Origin: Sphaeroforma arctica JP610
Taxonomy: Eukaryota
Assembly: GCF_001186125.1 (NCBI RefSeq)
Contig: NW_014040114.1
Span: forward strand, 20,526-72,391
DNA length: 51,866 bases
Direction of reading: 5' to 3'
How positions within the stretch are numbered: the first letter of the stretch is position 1; each line of letters begins with the position of its first letter. The notes beneath the pieces were generated by a model. The model made no database searches. It was not told where the DNA came from and saw nothing but the letters and a program-made list of their open reading frames with translations. Positions 14,694-27,369 of the stretch are shown here, piece after piece. The position numbers and the translations under genes are program-made.

Positions 14694-15660
14694 TTTTTTA
14701 TAATATCCGTATAGATAAGTTAACAGGCTCAGTTACACAACCAGTCATCACAACAGACAACGAGGGTTGAAGATAGAAGCTTAGCGAATAAAATAATTTG
14801 GAAAAGAACTTTATTCGTATATAAGCAATTTTTTAGTAGAAGACTAAGCACGCAGGAAGGACTGAGGCTCAAGAATTAATCACAAGGGTTTCACAAGTGG
14901 ATCAGACAATAACTCCGGGGAATACATTACTCCCGTGCTGGACGTGAAAGAGAACTCCAGTGCAAAAGAGGACGACCTAGAAGGTTAAGAAGAATCCAAG
15001 GAATAACCGAGACGAATTCCTTAAAAGTAATTCTGTGATTCAGTGTGATTTATATCTCAAGCTGTCAAGTTGCGTAATTCATCAATGTTGAGGGGTCAAA
15101 AATTTAGAAAATTGTCAATCAACAGAGGTTGAGGTAGAAAAGGGCACCCAAGTATCCAACAACAATAGACAGCAGATAGCGAGGGCACGAGGTGTGCTAT
15201 CTCGTAGAAGAATCCAAGAACCTAGAACAAACAACAATGTTAGCTTGGTTAATAATTTGTTTAACACAAGACGTGAAGAGCAAAATAGTGGACGAACTTT
15301 AGCCTAGGAATAAGGCTTGGATTCCAAGCATTCAAGAATCTTTAACACATATAGTGCACACAAAAGATATACTTAAGTGAAATATCCACGCAGGACACAC
15401 CAAACATTAGTCTACAAGAACGCGGCAACAAGGTATACAAGAGATGAGAAGTCTAGGGATCCAAATTGCAAGTAGACACGGTCAGACAAGAGAGGTAGCA
15501 ATCAACTACCAGTCAGTGACTACAATAGGTAATCATAGCAGACAAGGAACTAGCAGTAATGCTTTTCATATCACATAAACTTGAGGTAAGGAATATAAGA
15601 CAAACATATTATCACGAAGAGTCCCACAAAGGTGAGCATCTATTGCTGGGTCAAGCAAGA

Positions 15661-16130
15661 GTTCAGCTGAAATCGATTTAACAAACACGAAAGTAATATA
15701 CGAATCATCAAACAAGATCTCGAGAACAATTTAGTTCTCACAAAGCATACCTGAACCTGTAAGAGGGCAATCCCGTACAAGCAGACCAAGTGCGCAAAGG
15801 GCTTAAACCGATCAATGGAAAGGAAGTCAGCCAAATAATAAAAGGTTAGAGATATGTAGTTCGATGCATGCAAGAACATTTGAATTGAGTACATGTAAGT
15901 TCAGCTGAAATCGCTTCAACGAACACAAAAGTACTGCACGAATCATCAAACAAGATCTCGCAATTTAGTTTTCACAAAGAGACACACACCTAAACCTGTA
16001 AGAGGGCAATCCCGTACAAGCAGATCAAGTGCGCAAAGGGCTTTAAACGATCAATGGAAAGAAAGTCAGCCAAATAATAAAGGGTTAGAGATATGTAGTT
16101 CGATGCATGCAAGAACATTTGAATTGAGTA
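15661..16130. repeat. ~238-bp tandem duplication in the leader of element A
   Basis: GTTCAGCTGAAATCG... at 15661 and 15899; both copies end GAATTGAGTA. Confidence 0.92.
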
Positions 16131-16839
16131 TAGGCAGGTAAGACTAAAATGAGTATACACAAGATTCCAAACACAAGTATCATAACATACACCTTAAGAA
16201 CACGTACGATCTATTTGAGTGCATACACTATACAATATATATGCGTATAATAATACATGGGACAGGAATAGAAGCAAGATCTAATTGACTAGCCATATTA
16301 CATAAAAGGGGGTCCATAGCAATTAGCAGTAGCCCACACACATACAAATCACAAGGTAACAAAAGGCAAGGGGTCTTACCAAGAAAACCACATACACATC
16401 TGCTAATCTCAAACGAGAAGTTATAATAATTACACACAACAAGCCCGATCGAATACGCAAAGCACTTAAAATAAGATCAAGAATGGTATATGCAGGGTTT
16501 TCCAACACACATGCGCAAGTAGTCAAATAAGTTAGAAAACTCTAAAGCAGCCAATGAACAATCGTCCACACAAAAAGGTTACATGAGATTAGAAGCAAAG
16601 AATCTACTCAAAGCCAAGAAAGATCACACCATTGAGATTACAGGACACACGTGAACAGCCCTACAGGTAATGAGATCCAAGTGACAAATAAACACTGTGA
16701 ATATATACCCATATGACCAGAAAGCACACGACTAGCATAGTATACAGAGACAGAGTCTGAATAGTGATGGTCACAAGACAAAGACAGAATAAGAATAAAC
16801 ACCTGCAAGTACAACACTCAACTCAATTTAAAAACAGTG

Positions 16840-17045
16840 AAGTTCGGTACAGGACCAAACATCTCAGGTGATATCAACATCAGAGAGAGACGAGATATAA
16901 GACTGAACATCCCAGGTGACATCGCCACCACAGTAGTTCGGTACAGGACCGAACATCACTGGTGACGTCAAGAAACCCGAACTTCCTCGGTGACGTCAAG
17001 AAGACCGAACTTCATAGGTGACGTCACTAGGACCGAACATCTTGC
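16840..17045. repeat. Degenerate short tandem repeats containing TGACGTCA palindromes
   Basis: Repeated GACCGAACATC/GGTGACGTCA units with ~28-bp periodicity. Confidence 0.75.
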
Positions 17046-17364
17046 TAAAACTACACCTGACAAAATAAGCACAAGTAAAGTCACACTTGACGAAATAAGC
17101 TGAACCAAGAAACACCATTCACACCTCCACAATCAAAGGAAGGAGAACAACAAGTTAATGTACAACACAGAACGGTAAACACTTCCCACGGAAGTACAGC
17201 AAAGCGTGACCACAACAAAAGTAAGTGAAATAATTTATTTTTTATTTGTTTTCATACAAGTTAATAGCAAAGACAATGGGGATGAAGCGCCTATTCACAG
17301 TTAATATATCCCGAGTCTTTACTATTAACCTGCAATACTTATACACCCAATCAATCACCTCAAG

Positions 17365-18625
17365 ATGCCAACAGCAACCAGAGCAGGCGTGTATGAAGGT
17401 GAAGGGGGAGGCACTAGCGCAGATGGTGCGGGTGACAGCCCAGTAGGAGGACAAATCCAGGCAGTGGCTCAAGCCAATCAACACCTGCTGGGGTGCCCAT
17501 ACAGTCATCAGCCATGCGTCTATAAATAGGCAAGAGCATTTGTCAAGGCAACTTTGTCCTGGCTAGTAGGTTTGAAAATAAATTAGAACAAACAGTACCA
17601 GTAAACACCGCGAGTCTACACAAGATAGAGTAGGCATTCATGACCAGCAACCAGAACGTCGCATGCCATTGGTAGATGCGGAATTCAGAAAGGGATACGA
17701 TCAAGCTATCAATGACTGCGGTGACGATGAGGAGGATGAAGTAATTGAAATCAATCAGTACATCAGCGAGTTAGAGCTCATGCCTTCACGCTTCGGTGAT
17801 AGGGTTAATGAACCTGCATTATCGAAACTGCTAATGACCTCAAATTTTTTTTTTTGAAGTTACCAAGAGATATTCAGAAACACATATCACAAAGTAATAC
17901 AAGGATCCTGAGCAATTCAAAAAAACTGTTTTTGACAGACTCAGACACCGTCCGGTAGGCTATCTGTTAGATAAATTTCTCAATGACTCGGAGAACAAGG
18001 CACTGTGTAGCGTAGTGGTACGCACAGAGCGATTGCATAGAACGGTGCAAGAGTTAGGGGAGCTTTATCGAAACACGGACAAAGAGCCCATACACACGCA
18101 AATCCCCAAGGTAGTGAAATACCAGGCCCTCATGTAATATGTACACAGCAAGGAAAAGTGGACGCAATCATCAAAGCAGACAAACTGCCTGATGGAAGTG
18201 ACGGGCACTTATCAGATATGAAACATACTGTGTTCCATTCTCTTACTGAAGCAACCATGAGAGCAGCAGCCAAGGTATAGGCAGACCCTATGTACAGAGA
18301 GCGCAAGAGATATAATTCTCACGCGGCCACGCACAGCCAGCCTCAGAATGCCACCACCAATACAATCAGACGTCACAAACCAGACAATGGCGCACCGAAA
18401 CAAACCAAACCAATAAGACAACCCCAAGAGAAGAAAGGGGTGAGAATATGTGCATGTCCTTATTGTAATGTGTCACCAACCCCACATTGTTTTAGTCAAT
18501 GTCCCATGAAGGTATCAAATCAGAACAAGAAGGTGGAGGAGCATGTCCAGAACGATATGCAAGTAGCTAGACTATCCATTACATCCGGGAAGGTGGAAGA
18601 GACAACAGATAGCGATGAGTCCTAA
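17365..18625 (+). pseudogene. gag of element A (frameshifted)
   Basis: Starts MPTATR as in element B, shares MPLVDAE...INDCGDDEED with B, and has a C-terminal CPYCNVSPTPHCFSQC zinc-knuckle variant. Confidence 0.75.
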
Positions 18626-19226
18626 AACAACTGGTGGGCGGAAGCAAACATGATTGACCTGGCTGACAGGCTAAATGTAAATAGAGACGAAGAAACGTTG
18701 TTAATAAATACAAATGATATAAATTAACAACCTTATCCTTACTTCTCGCACCACGAGACCAAAGATTACACATTGACATACAAATCAATGGCAACACATA
18801 CAACGCCCTGGTAGACCCGGAGCACAACGCTCATGTATGGACAAAAGTATAGTAACTGAGAGCTAAATCTATCAGTCAGAGAACAGCCGGGTTACATACA
18901 ACTAGCACAAACAGATGCTAGGATACAAAAAACAGGCCCAACCCAAGTATGTGACATTAGCTATGGAAGCAGAAAAACCTCTCAGTGTTTTGGAGTTTTG
19001 TACCTACCAGACAAGAAGGCACCAATACTTCTAGGTATGGACATACTTCCATACATAGGTATATACATAGCAGGATAAAAACAATTGACCTATTACAACA
19101 GATGCGAAATGGGAATCACTACTTTACTTACTTCCCCAGAGTATGAACAAGAAGGTTTCAGAGAGTCACTTGCAGACCTCTTAGATAACAACGCGAACAC
19201 ACCTCCTGACGTACATTGCAACCTAT

Positions 19227-19918
19227 CAGGCTCTACAGTCACAGTACCTGCAAATAAAATTAATGTCAGTCAAATGAGGCTGCCAAAGTCACTTTGTACC
19301 GCACAAGTATATACCGCAAATAGATGAAAACGTGAAGAGGTGGCTTACAGGTGATCACATATACAAACGAACTACACCAACAACGGTGAACTACCTTTGT
19401 TATTAAAGGGTGCACATGACCAAATAAATGTCTTCAAGAAAGTCAGAACATGTTACCAGGCTCTACAGTCACAGTACCTGCAAACAAAATTAATGTCAGT
19501 CAAATGAGGCTGCCAAAGTCAACTTTGTTCTGCACAAGTATATCCCGCAAATGGATGAAAACGTGAAGAGGTAGCTTACAGGTGGTCACATATACAAACG
19601 AACTACACCAACAATGGTGAACTACCTTTGTTATTAAAGGGTGCACATGACCAAATATATGTCTTCAAGAAAGTCATAATATGTTACCAGGCTCTACAGC
19701 CACAGTACCTGCAAACAAAATTCATGTCAGACAAATGAGGCTGCCAAAGTCAACTTTGTACAGCACAAGTATATCCCGCAAACGGATGAACACATGAAGA
19801 GGTGGCTTACAGGTGGTCACATATACAAACGAACTACACCAACAACGGTGAACTTACCACTGTTATCAAAGAGTGCACATGACCAAATATATGTTCTCAA
19901 GAAAGTAAGAACATGTTT
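19227..19918. repeat. ~230-bp tandem triplication inside pol of element A (PR-RT linker/RT N-terminus)
   Basis: CAGGCTCTACAG(T/C)CACAGTACCTGC at 19227, 19457 and 19688; single copy in element B. Confidence 0.92.
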
Positions 19919-21109
19919 AAACTTATGTGAGATCAAATACCAATATGAACAACATGAATGCGTGCTACCAAAAATAAAGGAAGTACTACACAACCTACAA
20001 GGAACACGATACTTCTCAAAGATAGATCTCACGGGTGGGTTTCACTATTTCTTAGTAGACGAAGCAAGCCAACACCTCTTCACGTTATCTTGGAGAGGAG
20101 CGCAATACTCATTCAAGTCAGCGCCATTTGGCCTACACTCACTCACTGTACAATTTCAGATAGTCATTGCAAACTTGTTCATAGATATCGAATGAGTGCA
20201 AGTGTATGTAGATGACATAGTCATTGCAAGTCTTACAGAAGAAAACACCGCAAGACATTTCGTGGAGTAATCAAACGGTTGAATGGAGCAAATTTCCGAC
20301 TCGATCACAACAAGTGTGTCTTCGAGGTCAAAGTGGTCAACACTCTAGGTGTGAAAGTCACCACACAAGGATTCAAAGCGGATCCTGAAAAAACCACAGA
20401 AAAGAATGATGAACTGGCCACTACCCAGAACGAAACGAGATCTGCACCAAGCGGTGGAACTCGCGAACTATATGCGCGACCATGTCGCCAACTTTGCCCA
20501 CACAAATAAACAATTGCGGAACATAATGAAAGGAAAAATAAACAAGAACATATCCATATTATAGACACCGAAACTCAAAAAGAAATTGGAAGAATTCGAA
20601 GAAGCCATCGCATGTTCAGCGACACTAGCTTACCTTGTTGATAGGGTACCGTTCCAAATTATGAACGATGCTAGTGACTTCGGCATATGAGGATGTTTAT
20701 TTCAAGTCATCGATGGAGTCAGAAGAGCTATTCTCTCCAAAAGCTTGAACCCAGCCCAACAAAGCTATGGCACAAACACGAAAGAGCTACTAGAACTGGT
20801 ATACAACCTGGAACATTTCTCTGAGTACATCAATGGAAAGAACATAACGTTGTGGACAGATCATAAATCGCTCACGCAAATGAACAATCAACAGACGTTA
20901 CACCCAATGCTAGCCAAATGCATTCCCCCACCACTTCTCCATCATACATGTCCCAGGGAAGGACGACCAGATGGCAAATATGTTGTTGCGTCTACGCGAA
21001 GACACATTAATACTAAAAGTCCGAAGCATTACAAGACGCGAACAAAACAACACACAGCAGCCAAAAGTATACCACCTTGGAAAGAAACATGCCCATAACC
21101 ATATCAGCT

Positions 21110-21510
21110 ATAGCCTGGATGGTACACCCCAGATTCTACAAAGAAGCTTAAAGACGGTTTGGGAAATTCACAGTAGATTTGATTGTATCAGCACACAATG
21201 CACACACAGATAAATACTATACCAAAGAACAGAATGTGCCCTACAGAGTGGGCACAGGAAAAGAATGCATGGGCGAACCCACCATGGGAACTCATACCTG
21301 ATGTCCTTGACAAAGTCATTGAAGAGGCAACCAGCATCACGATATTTGTACCATACTACCCCTGATGCAACGTGGTTTCCAAAATTCTTGTCTTTACTAG
21401 TAGAATACCCGATGCTAGTGGGAAACACAAATAATACGTTCCTTAAAGAAGGTACGAAAGCATGTGGCAAGACCCCATGGCGTGTCACATTGGTCGCAAA
21501 GATAGGAGTG
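21110..21510 (+). pseudogene. Dam-like N6-adenine MTase domain in pol of element A
   Basis: WMVHPRFY...GKFTVDL..SAHNAHTDKYY...AWANPPWELIPDVLDKV...TIFVPYYP.ATWFPKF...KTPW; NPPW codons at 21276-21287. Confidence 0.82.
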
Positions 21511-22785
21511 AAACCTCCACACGTTGACTCAACGCAGGAACAACCTGTCATACACATTTCAGCACCACAAACAGTTAACTCTGGAGATGCATCACCTGAA
21601 ACAGAATACGAGACACGTGTCAACATTATCGAACAATACCACAACCTGGGATATTATACCGCTGAGAAAATGGTCAACATGTTGCAAGCTGATACATGGA
21701 CGTGATTGGCCACAAATCCAACAAGAAGAATGCGTACTATGTTTCAAAAATGATACACAAAAAGGAATTCCATCCCTTTCAATCAATCCCAGCCACATTT
21801 CCATGCGACAGAGTCCAAGTGAATACTATTGGGCCACTACTGGACTCAACAGAGGACACACATATGTGTTAGTATGGTTATATGTGCACTCATCATATGT
21901 TATACTCAAACTAATGGTGGACAAATCAGCGACTATTGTAGCACGTACGCTGGCACCAACCATGTGTGAGCATGGGTTCCACTGAATATGCTATTGACAT
22001 ATTTTCAAAAGTCGTTTAACAAGCGCCGACACAACACCTGTTCTCTCGCCCGTACCAACCTAAAGTCTTAGGTGCGAACGAGTGATCACATAGAGACCAC
22101 ATGCCACTGTTACAGAATTTCGTTGAACAAAACCCAGGTAACTGGTGTTTACGACTTCCCTTTGTACATTTGGGCCACAATCTGTGCACCTCAAGAAGAT
22201 ATAAGTCACCGAGATTTAATGTGTACTTCGGTCGCAGACGGAATCAATTCTAGGACTACAACACACCAGTGACCGCACCCAGTATAACAGCATCATGGGA
22301 AGAGTAACTGAAGAGTCTAGAAAAAGGCAATCAGGCCACAACTAGATTCTAATACTGCGCAATATCAAGAGAAGATGCGCGAAGCATATGACCAAAAATA
22401 CCAAAAGAAGTATATACACTTCCAGGAAGGGGACATTGTCATGGTCCGCTATCAAGGTTAAATGAACAAGATGACAGCACTATATGATGTACAATACAAA
22501 ATAGTATGCAGGGAGGACAACAGGTATTTTGTCTGTGACCTTGGTGGGACTGAAGCCACCGAATATCCTAACTCGGTCAGTGATGAGCCGGAAGCATTTA
22601 CTTCCAACAATCACGTACAACCAACCGAGGAGACTCAGTTCTCCTCGATAGATACTATGAGTACCTATTGCATGGGACAGATGGGGAGCGTACCTGGACG
22701 CATGAATCAGACATCGCAGATGCTGATGTTCATACATTATACTGTGAACGCACTCGACGCACACGAAGGCGATCATGGCTTTCAC

Positions 22786-23110
22786 TGTAGAGTATGGAGA
22801 GTAGCTGAAAGGTACGAGACAATTGGATACAATAGACCTCTTCTCAAGTACGGTTATATCAGCTAGGAAAAGTCCCTAGTCTGAGAGAACCGAGCTGAGT
22901 CTTTATTTGTGTTTTCACTAGACTCAGGGGCTACTTGAGTGTTTTCTCACACGCGGGAGTCCCGGTATATCTGACCGGTTCTACCAATAATATTTCTGAT
23001 GACTCTAATATCAGAAATATTCCAATCCTAATTCCAAAACTCAGTATTTGATTATTCTGGGTTTTGGGATTTGGATTGGCTTTTTTATAATCTGGTCCCT
23101 AGATGCTACA
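22786..23110 (-). repeat. 3' LTR of element B
   Basis: Direct repeat of 31100-31424. Confidence 0.95.
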
Positions 23111-23601
23111 GCCCCCAAACCTTGTGCTTCTTAGCCTGCGTAGGAGTAGAAAGTGACATCTTACAGTACTAGATTATCTAGAGGTTGGTGTTTATATACA
23201 GGAAAAAACTTGTCCCTTAGGGGGCATAAGATGAAAAACCTGCCACCATTATCTATTACATATTACCGATTATTTAAATTTATACTATAGCAGGAATCCT
23301 CTACCTCGCTCATCGGAGTCAGTCTTGATCGGTGCTCTCGGTTGATTTCAACTTGGCTTAGGAAAACGTATCTCAATGGTGGCTCTCAGCCGAGTCTCTG
23401 GTCCTAGTCCTTCTGGTGTGTGGGGGGAGCATGCTTCTAGGCGAGAAAAATGGGAGTGTCCTGTGGTATCAGTGACGTGCTTAGGTCCCCCGCCTCGTGC
23501 GTTGTCTGTGCCTCGCTGATCTTTCAGCAGTTCTCGTTGTCGCTGGCTTCTTTGGCCTTGACTGCCTTCTTTTACGTCTTCGACGTTAACGGTTTGTTGT
23601 T

Positions 23602-23727
23602 ATGACATCAGCATCTGCGATGTCTGATTCATGCGTCCAGGTACGCTCATCATCTGTCCATTGCAGTAGTTACTCCAGGGATCCATCACCTCGGATGGAC
23701 GGCCTGTCGTCGACTATCGACAAGAAC
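23602..23727 (-). pseudogene. Chromodomain at the integrase C-terminus of element B
   Basis: FLSIVDDRPSIRGDGSLE*LLQWTDDERTWTHESDIADADVI; the stop replaces the Tyr present in element A (EYLL). Fits I..R..G..EYLVxW...TW. Confidence 0.7.
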
Positions 23728-24919
23728 TGAGTCTCTTCGGTTGGTTGTACGTGATTGTTGGAAGTGAATGCTTCCGGAGCACTGGCCCTTTTTATGAGGC
23801 CAAGTAGCTCATCACTGATCGAGTCAGGATGTTCGGGGACTTTAGTCCTATCAAGGCTACAAACAAAATACCCGTTGCCCTCCTTGCATACTATTTTGTA
23901 GGGTCCGCCATTTGGTGCTGTTAACTTGTTCATTTCACCTTGATAGCGGACCCTGACAAGGTCCCCTTCCTGGAAGTTCACATACATCTGTTGGTATTTT
24001 CGATAGTATGCTGCTCGCATCTTCTCTTGATACTGTGCAACATTGCTCTTTAGTTGTGGCCTAACGGCTGCTTCTGGATTTTGCAGTCGCTCTTCCCAAG
24101 ATACTGTTGTACTGGGTGCGGTCACTGGCTCATTGTAGTCAGTAAGTTGATTTTGTCTGCGACCAAAGTATACATTAAAGCGTGGAGACTTGTGTCTTCT
24201 GGATGTACGCAGATTATGGCCCATCTGTACGAATGGAAGTCGTGAACACCAGTTACCTGGATTCTGTTCAACGAACTTCTGTAACAGTGGCATGAGGTCT
24301 CTATAAGATCGTTCGTTCGCGTCTAAGACTTTAGGTTGATACGGCCGAGAGACTAAGTGTTGCATTGGCGCTTGTTCAACAACTTTCGAGAGTATGCTGA
24401 TAACATATTCCGTGCCTTGATCCGTTTGTATGATTTGTGGGAATCCATGTTCACACATAATTGGTACCAGTGTGCGTGCTATAGTAGCCGCGGATTTGTT
24501 CATCACTGGACGTAAAATGACGTATGATGAGTATACGTCAAGGTATACTATCACGTATGTGTGTCCTCTATTGGAATCCAATAGAGACCCTATGGTGTCC
24601 ACTTGGACTCTGTCGCTTGGATATGCGACTGTAATTGATTGTAAGGGGTGAAATCCCTTCTTGTGTATTTTATTTTTGAGACATGGTATACATCCGTCAA
24701 TGAACTTGTGTACATGGTGTTGGATGTCAGCCCAGTGATGTCCATCTGTTTGCAACTTGTGTACTGTCTCCTCTAATGTCCCAAGTTGTGGTATTGCTCA
24801 ATGATGTTGACATGTGTCTCATATTCTAATGCCTGGGGTGCGTCTCCAGTGTGAACTGGTTCTGACGCTGCAACGTGTATGGCGGGTTGTTCCCGCGTTG
24901 AATCGAAGTATGGAGACTT

Positions 24920-25325
24920 AGCTCATATCTTTGCGACTAATGTGACACCCCATGGGGTCTTGCCGCAAGCTTTCTTGCCCTCTGTGAGGAACGTGTTGTT
25001 AAATTTTTCCACTAGCATCGGGTCTTCTGCTAGTAAAGACAAAAAATTTGGAACCCACGAGGCATTGGGGTAGTATGGTACACATATCGTGATGCTAGTT
25101 GTCACTTCAATGACTTTGTCAAGGACATTAGGTATGAGTCCCCATGATGGATTCGCCCATACATTAACTTCTTGCGACCATTTTTGTTTTAGCGCATTCT
25201 GTTCTTTGGTGTAGTATTTATCTGTGTGCGCATTGTGTGCTGATGCAAACAGATCTACTGTGAACTTCCCAGACCCTCGTTCCGCTTATTGGTAGAATCT
25301 GGGATGTAACATATAGTCTATAGCC
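24920..25325 (-). pseudogene. Dam-like N6-adenine MTase domain in pol of element B
   Basis: DYMLHPRFY...GKFTVDLFASAHNAHTDKYYTKEQNALKQKWSQEVNVWANPSWGLIPNVLDKV...ICVPYYPNASW...KTPWGVTLVAKI. Confidence 0.85.
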
Positions 25326-27369
25326 GAGATGGTTATGGGCATGTTCGTTTCCAAGGTGGTGTACTCTTGGCTATTATGTGTTGCCTCATTCGCATGTTGT
25401 AATACTTTTGACTCTTTGTTACTAAAAGTATCTTCATGTAGACGTGACAACATATCTGCCATCTGGTTGTCCTTGCCTGAGACATGTATGATGGAGAAGT
25501 GGTGGTGGAACGTTTTTGTTATCCACTTGGCTAGCATTGGGTGTAACGTCTGTTGACTGTGCATTTGCGTGAGCGCTTTGTGATCTGTCCACAGTGTTAT
25601 GTCCCCCCCCTTTGATATATTCGGAGAAATGTTCCAGGCTATATACCAGTGCTAGTAGCTCTTTGGTATTTGTGCCATAGCGTTGTTGTGCTGGATTCAA
25701 GCCTTCTGAGAAGTAGAGAATGTCTCTTCTGACTCCATCAATGACTTGGAATAAACGCCCTCCTATGCCATAGTCACTAGCATCGTTCATAATTTTGAAC
25801 GGTACCCCATCAACAGGGTATGCTAGCGTCGCTGAACAAGCAATGGCTTCTTTGAGTTCTTCCCACTTCTTGATTAGTTTCGGTGTCCATAACATGGATG
25901 TGTTCTGGTTCATTTTTTCTTTCATTAGGTTCCGAAAGTGTTTCGTTGTGTGGGCAAAGTTGGGGACATGGTCTCGCATGTAATTTGCTAGTCCCACTGT
26001 TTTGTGCAGATCTCTTTTTGTTCTGGGTAGTGGCCAGTCCATCATTCTTTTCTGTTTCTCAGGGTTTGCTTTGAGGTCCTGTGTGGTGACTTTCACCTCA
26101 AGAATGTTGACCACTTTGACCGCAGAGGCACACTTGTTGTGATTGAGTCGGAAGTTCGTGCTGTTTAGTCGTTTGATTACTTCGCGAACTGTCTTGCGGT
26201 GTTCTTCTTCTGTAAAACTCGCAATGACTATGTCATCTACATACACTTGCACTCCTTTGATATCTATGAGCAGATTTGCCATGACTCTCAGGAATTGTGA
26301 TGTGAGTGAGTGTAGTCCAAACGGCGCCGACTTGAACGAGTATTGCGCTCCTCTCCACGAGAACGTGAAGAAGTGTTGGCTTGCTTCGTCTACTAGGAAG
26401 TGGCGAAACCCGCCTGTGAGATCGAGCTTTGAAAAAAACTGCGCCCCTTGTTGGTTGCGTAACACTTCCTTTATTTTTGGTAGCACAAACGTGTCTTGTT
26501 CATATTGGTAATTGATCTCACGTAAGTCTAGACAGGTCCTGACCTTTTTTGAGTAGACCTGTTTAGTCATGTTCACCTGTTGATAACAACGGTAGGTTCA
26601 CCGTTGTTGGCTTGTCGCGTTTGTATATATGGCCATCGTGAAGCCATCGTTGCACATTCTCATCTGTTTGTGGAATGTATTTGTGCGGAACAAAGTTGAC
26701 TTTAGCGTGCCTCATTTGTCTGAATTTGATTTAATTTGCAGGTACTGTGACTGTAGAGCCTGGTAGGTTGCAGTGAACGTCAGGAGGTGTATTCGCGTTG
26801 GTGTCCAGGAGGTCTGTAAGTGACTCTCTGAAACCTTCTTGTTCATACTCTGGGTCCTCTTCATGTGGTGTGAGGAGCGATTCCCATTTTGCATCTGTTG
26901 GTATTAGTGGATTGATTAAACCCGCTATATACATACCTATGTATGGTAGAATATCCATACCTAGAAGTATTGGTGTTTTCTTTTCAGGCAAGTCCAATAC
27001 TTCAAAACACTGAGAGGTCTTTCTGCCTCCGTAGGTAATGTCGCAAACTTCTGTTGATCCAGTGCGTTGTATTCTTGCATCTGTTGGTGCTAGTTGTATG
27101 TAACCCAGTTGCGCTCTGACAGAAAGATATAGTTCTGATCCTACAGTTTTGTCCATACATGAGCGTTGTGCGCCAGAGTCTACTAGTGCATTGTATGTGT
27201 TACCATTAATTTGTATGTCAATATATAACCGTTGGTCTCGTGGTGCAGGAAGTAACGATAAAGGTTGATAATTTATATCATTTGCATTTATTAACAACGT
27301 TTCTTCATATGTAAATCCATTGAGTCTGTCAGCCAGGTCAATCATGTTTGCTTCCCCCCGCCAGTGATT

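Larger units (their letters stand above)
18650..22785 (+). pseudogene. pol of element A: protease, RT, RNase H, Dam-like MTase, integrase, chromodomain (decayed)
   Basis: ALVDPGA (PR), FSKIDLTGGF/SAPFGL/YVDD (RT), MNDASD..TKELL..WTDHKSL (RH), NPPW (MTase), HNLG..C..C and CEHGF (IN), EYLLHGTDGERTWTHESDI (chromo-like). Confidence 0.88.
23285..27345 (-). pseudogene. pol of element B (several frameshifts and stops)
   Basis: ALVDSGA..ILLGMDIL (PR); FSKLDLTGGF, APFGL, YVDD (RT); MNDASDYGIGG, TKELLA, NQMADMLSR (RH); DLFASAHN..NPSW (MTase); HHCC, QVD, QTDQGTEY, ANERS, GGPYKI (IN). Confidence 0.93.

Noticed and set aside
14369..23110. Element apparently bounded by ~325-bp inverted terminal repeats (DIRS-like)
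   Set aside because: The inverted copy at 22786-23110 is the 3' LTR of nested element B. It has a PPT, a partner LTR and a TCAC duplication, and A resumes at 31429.
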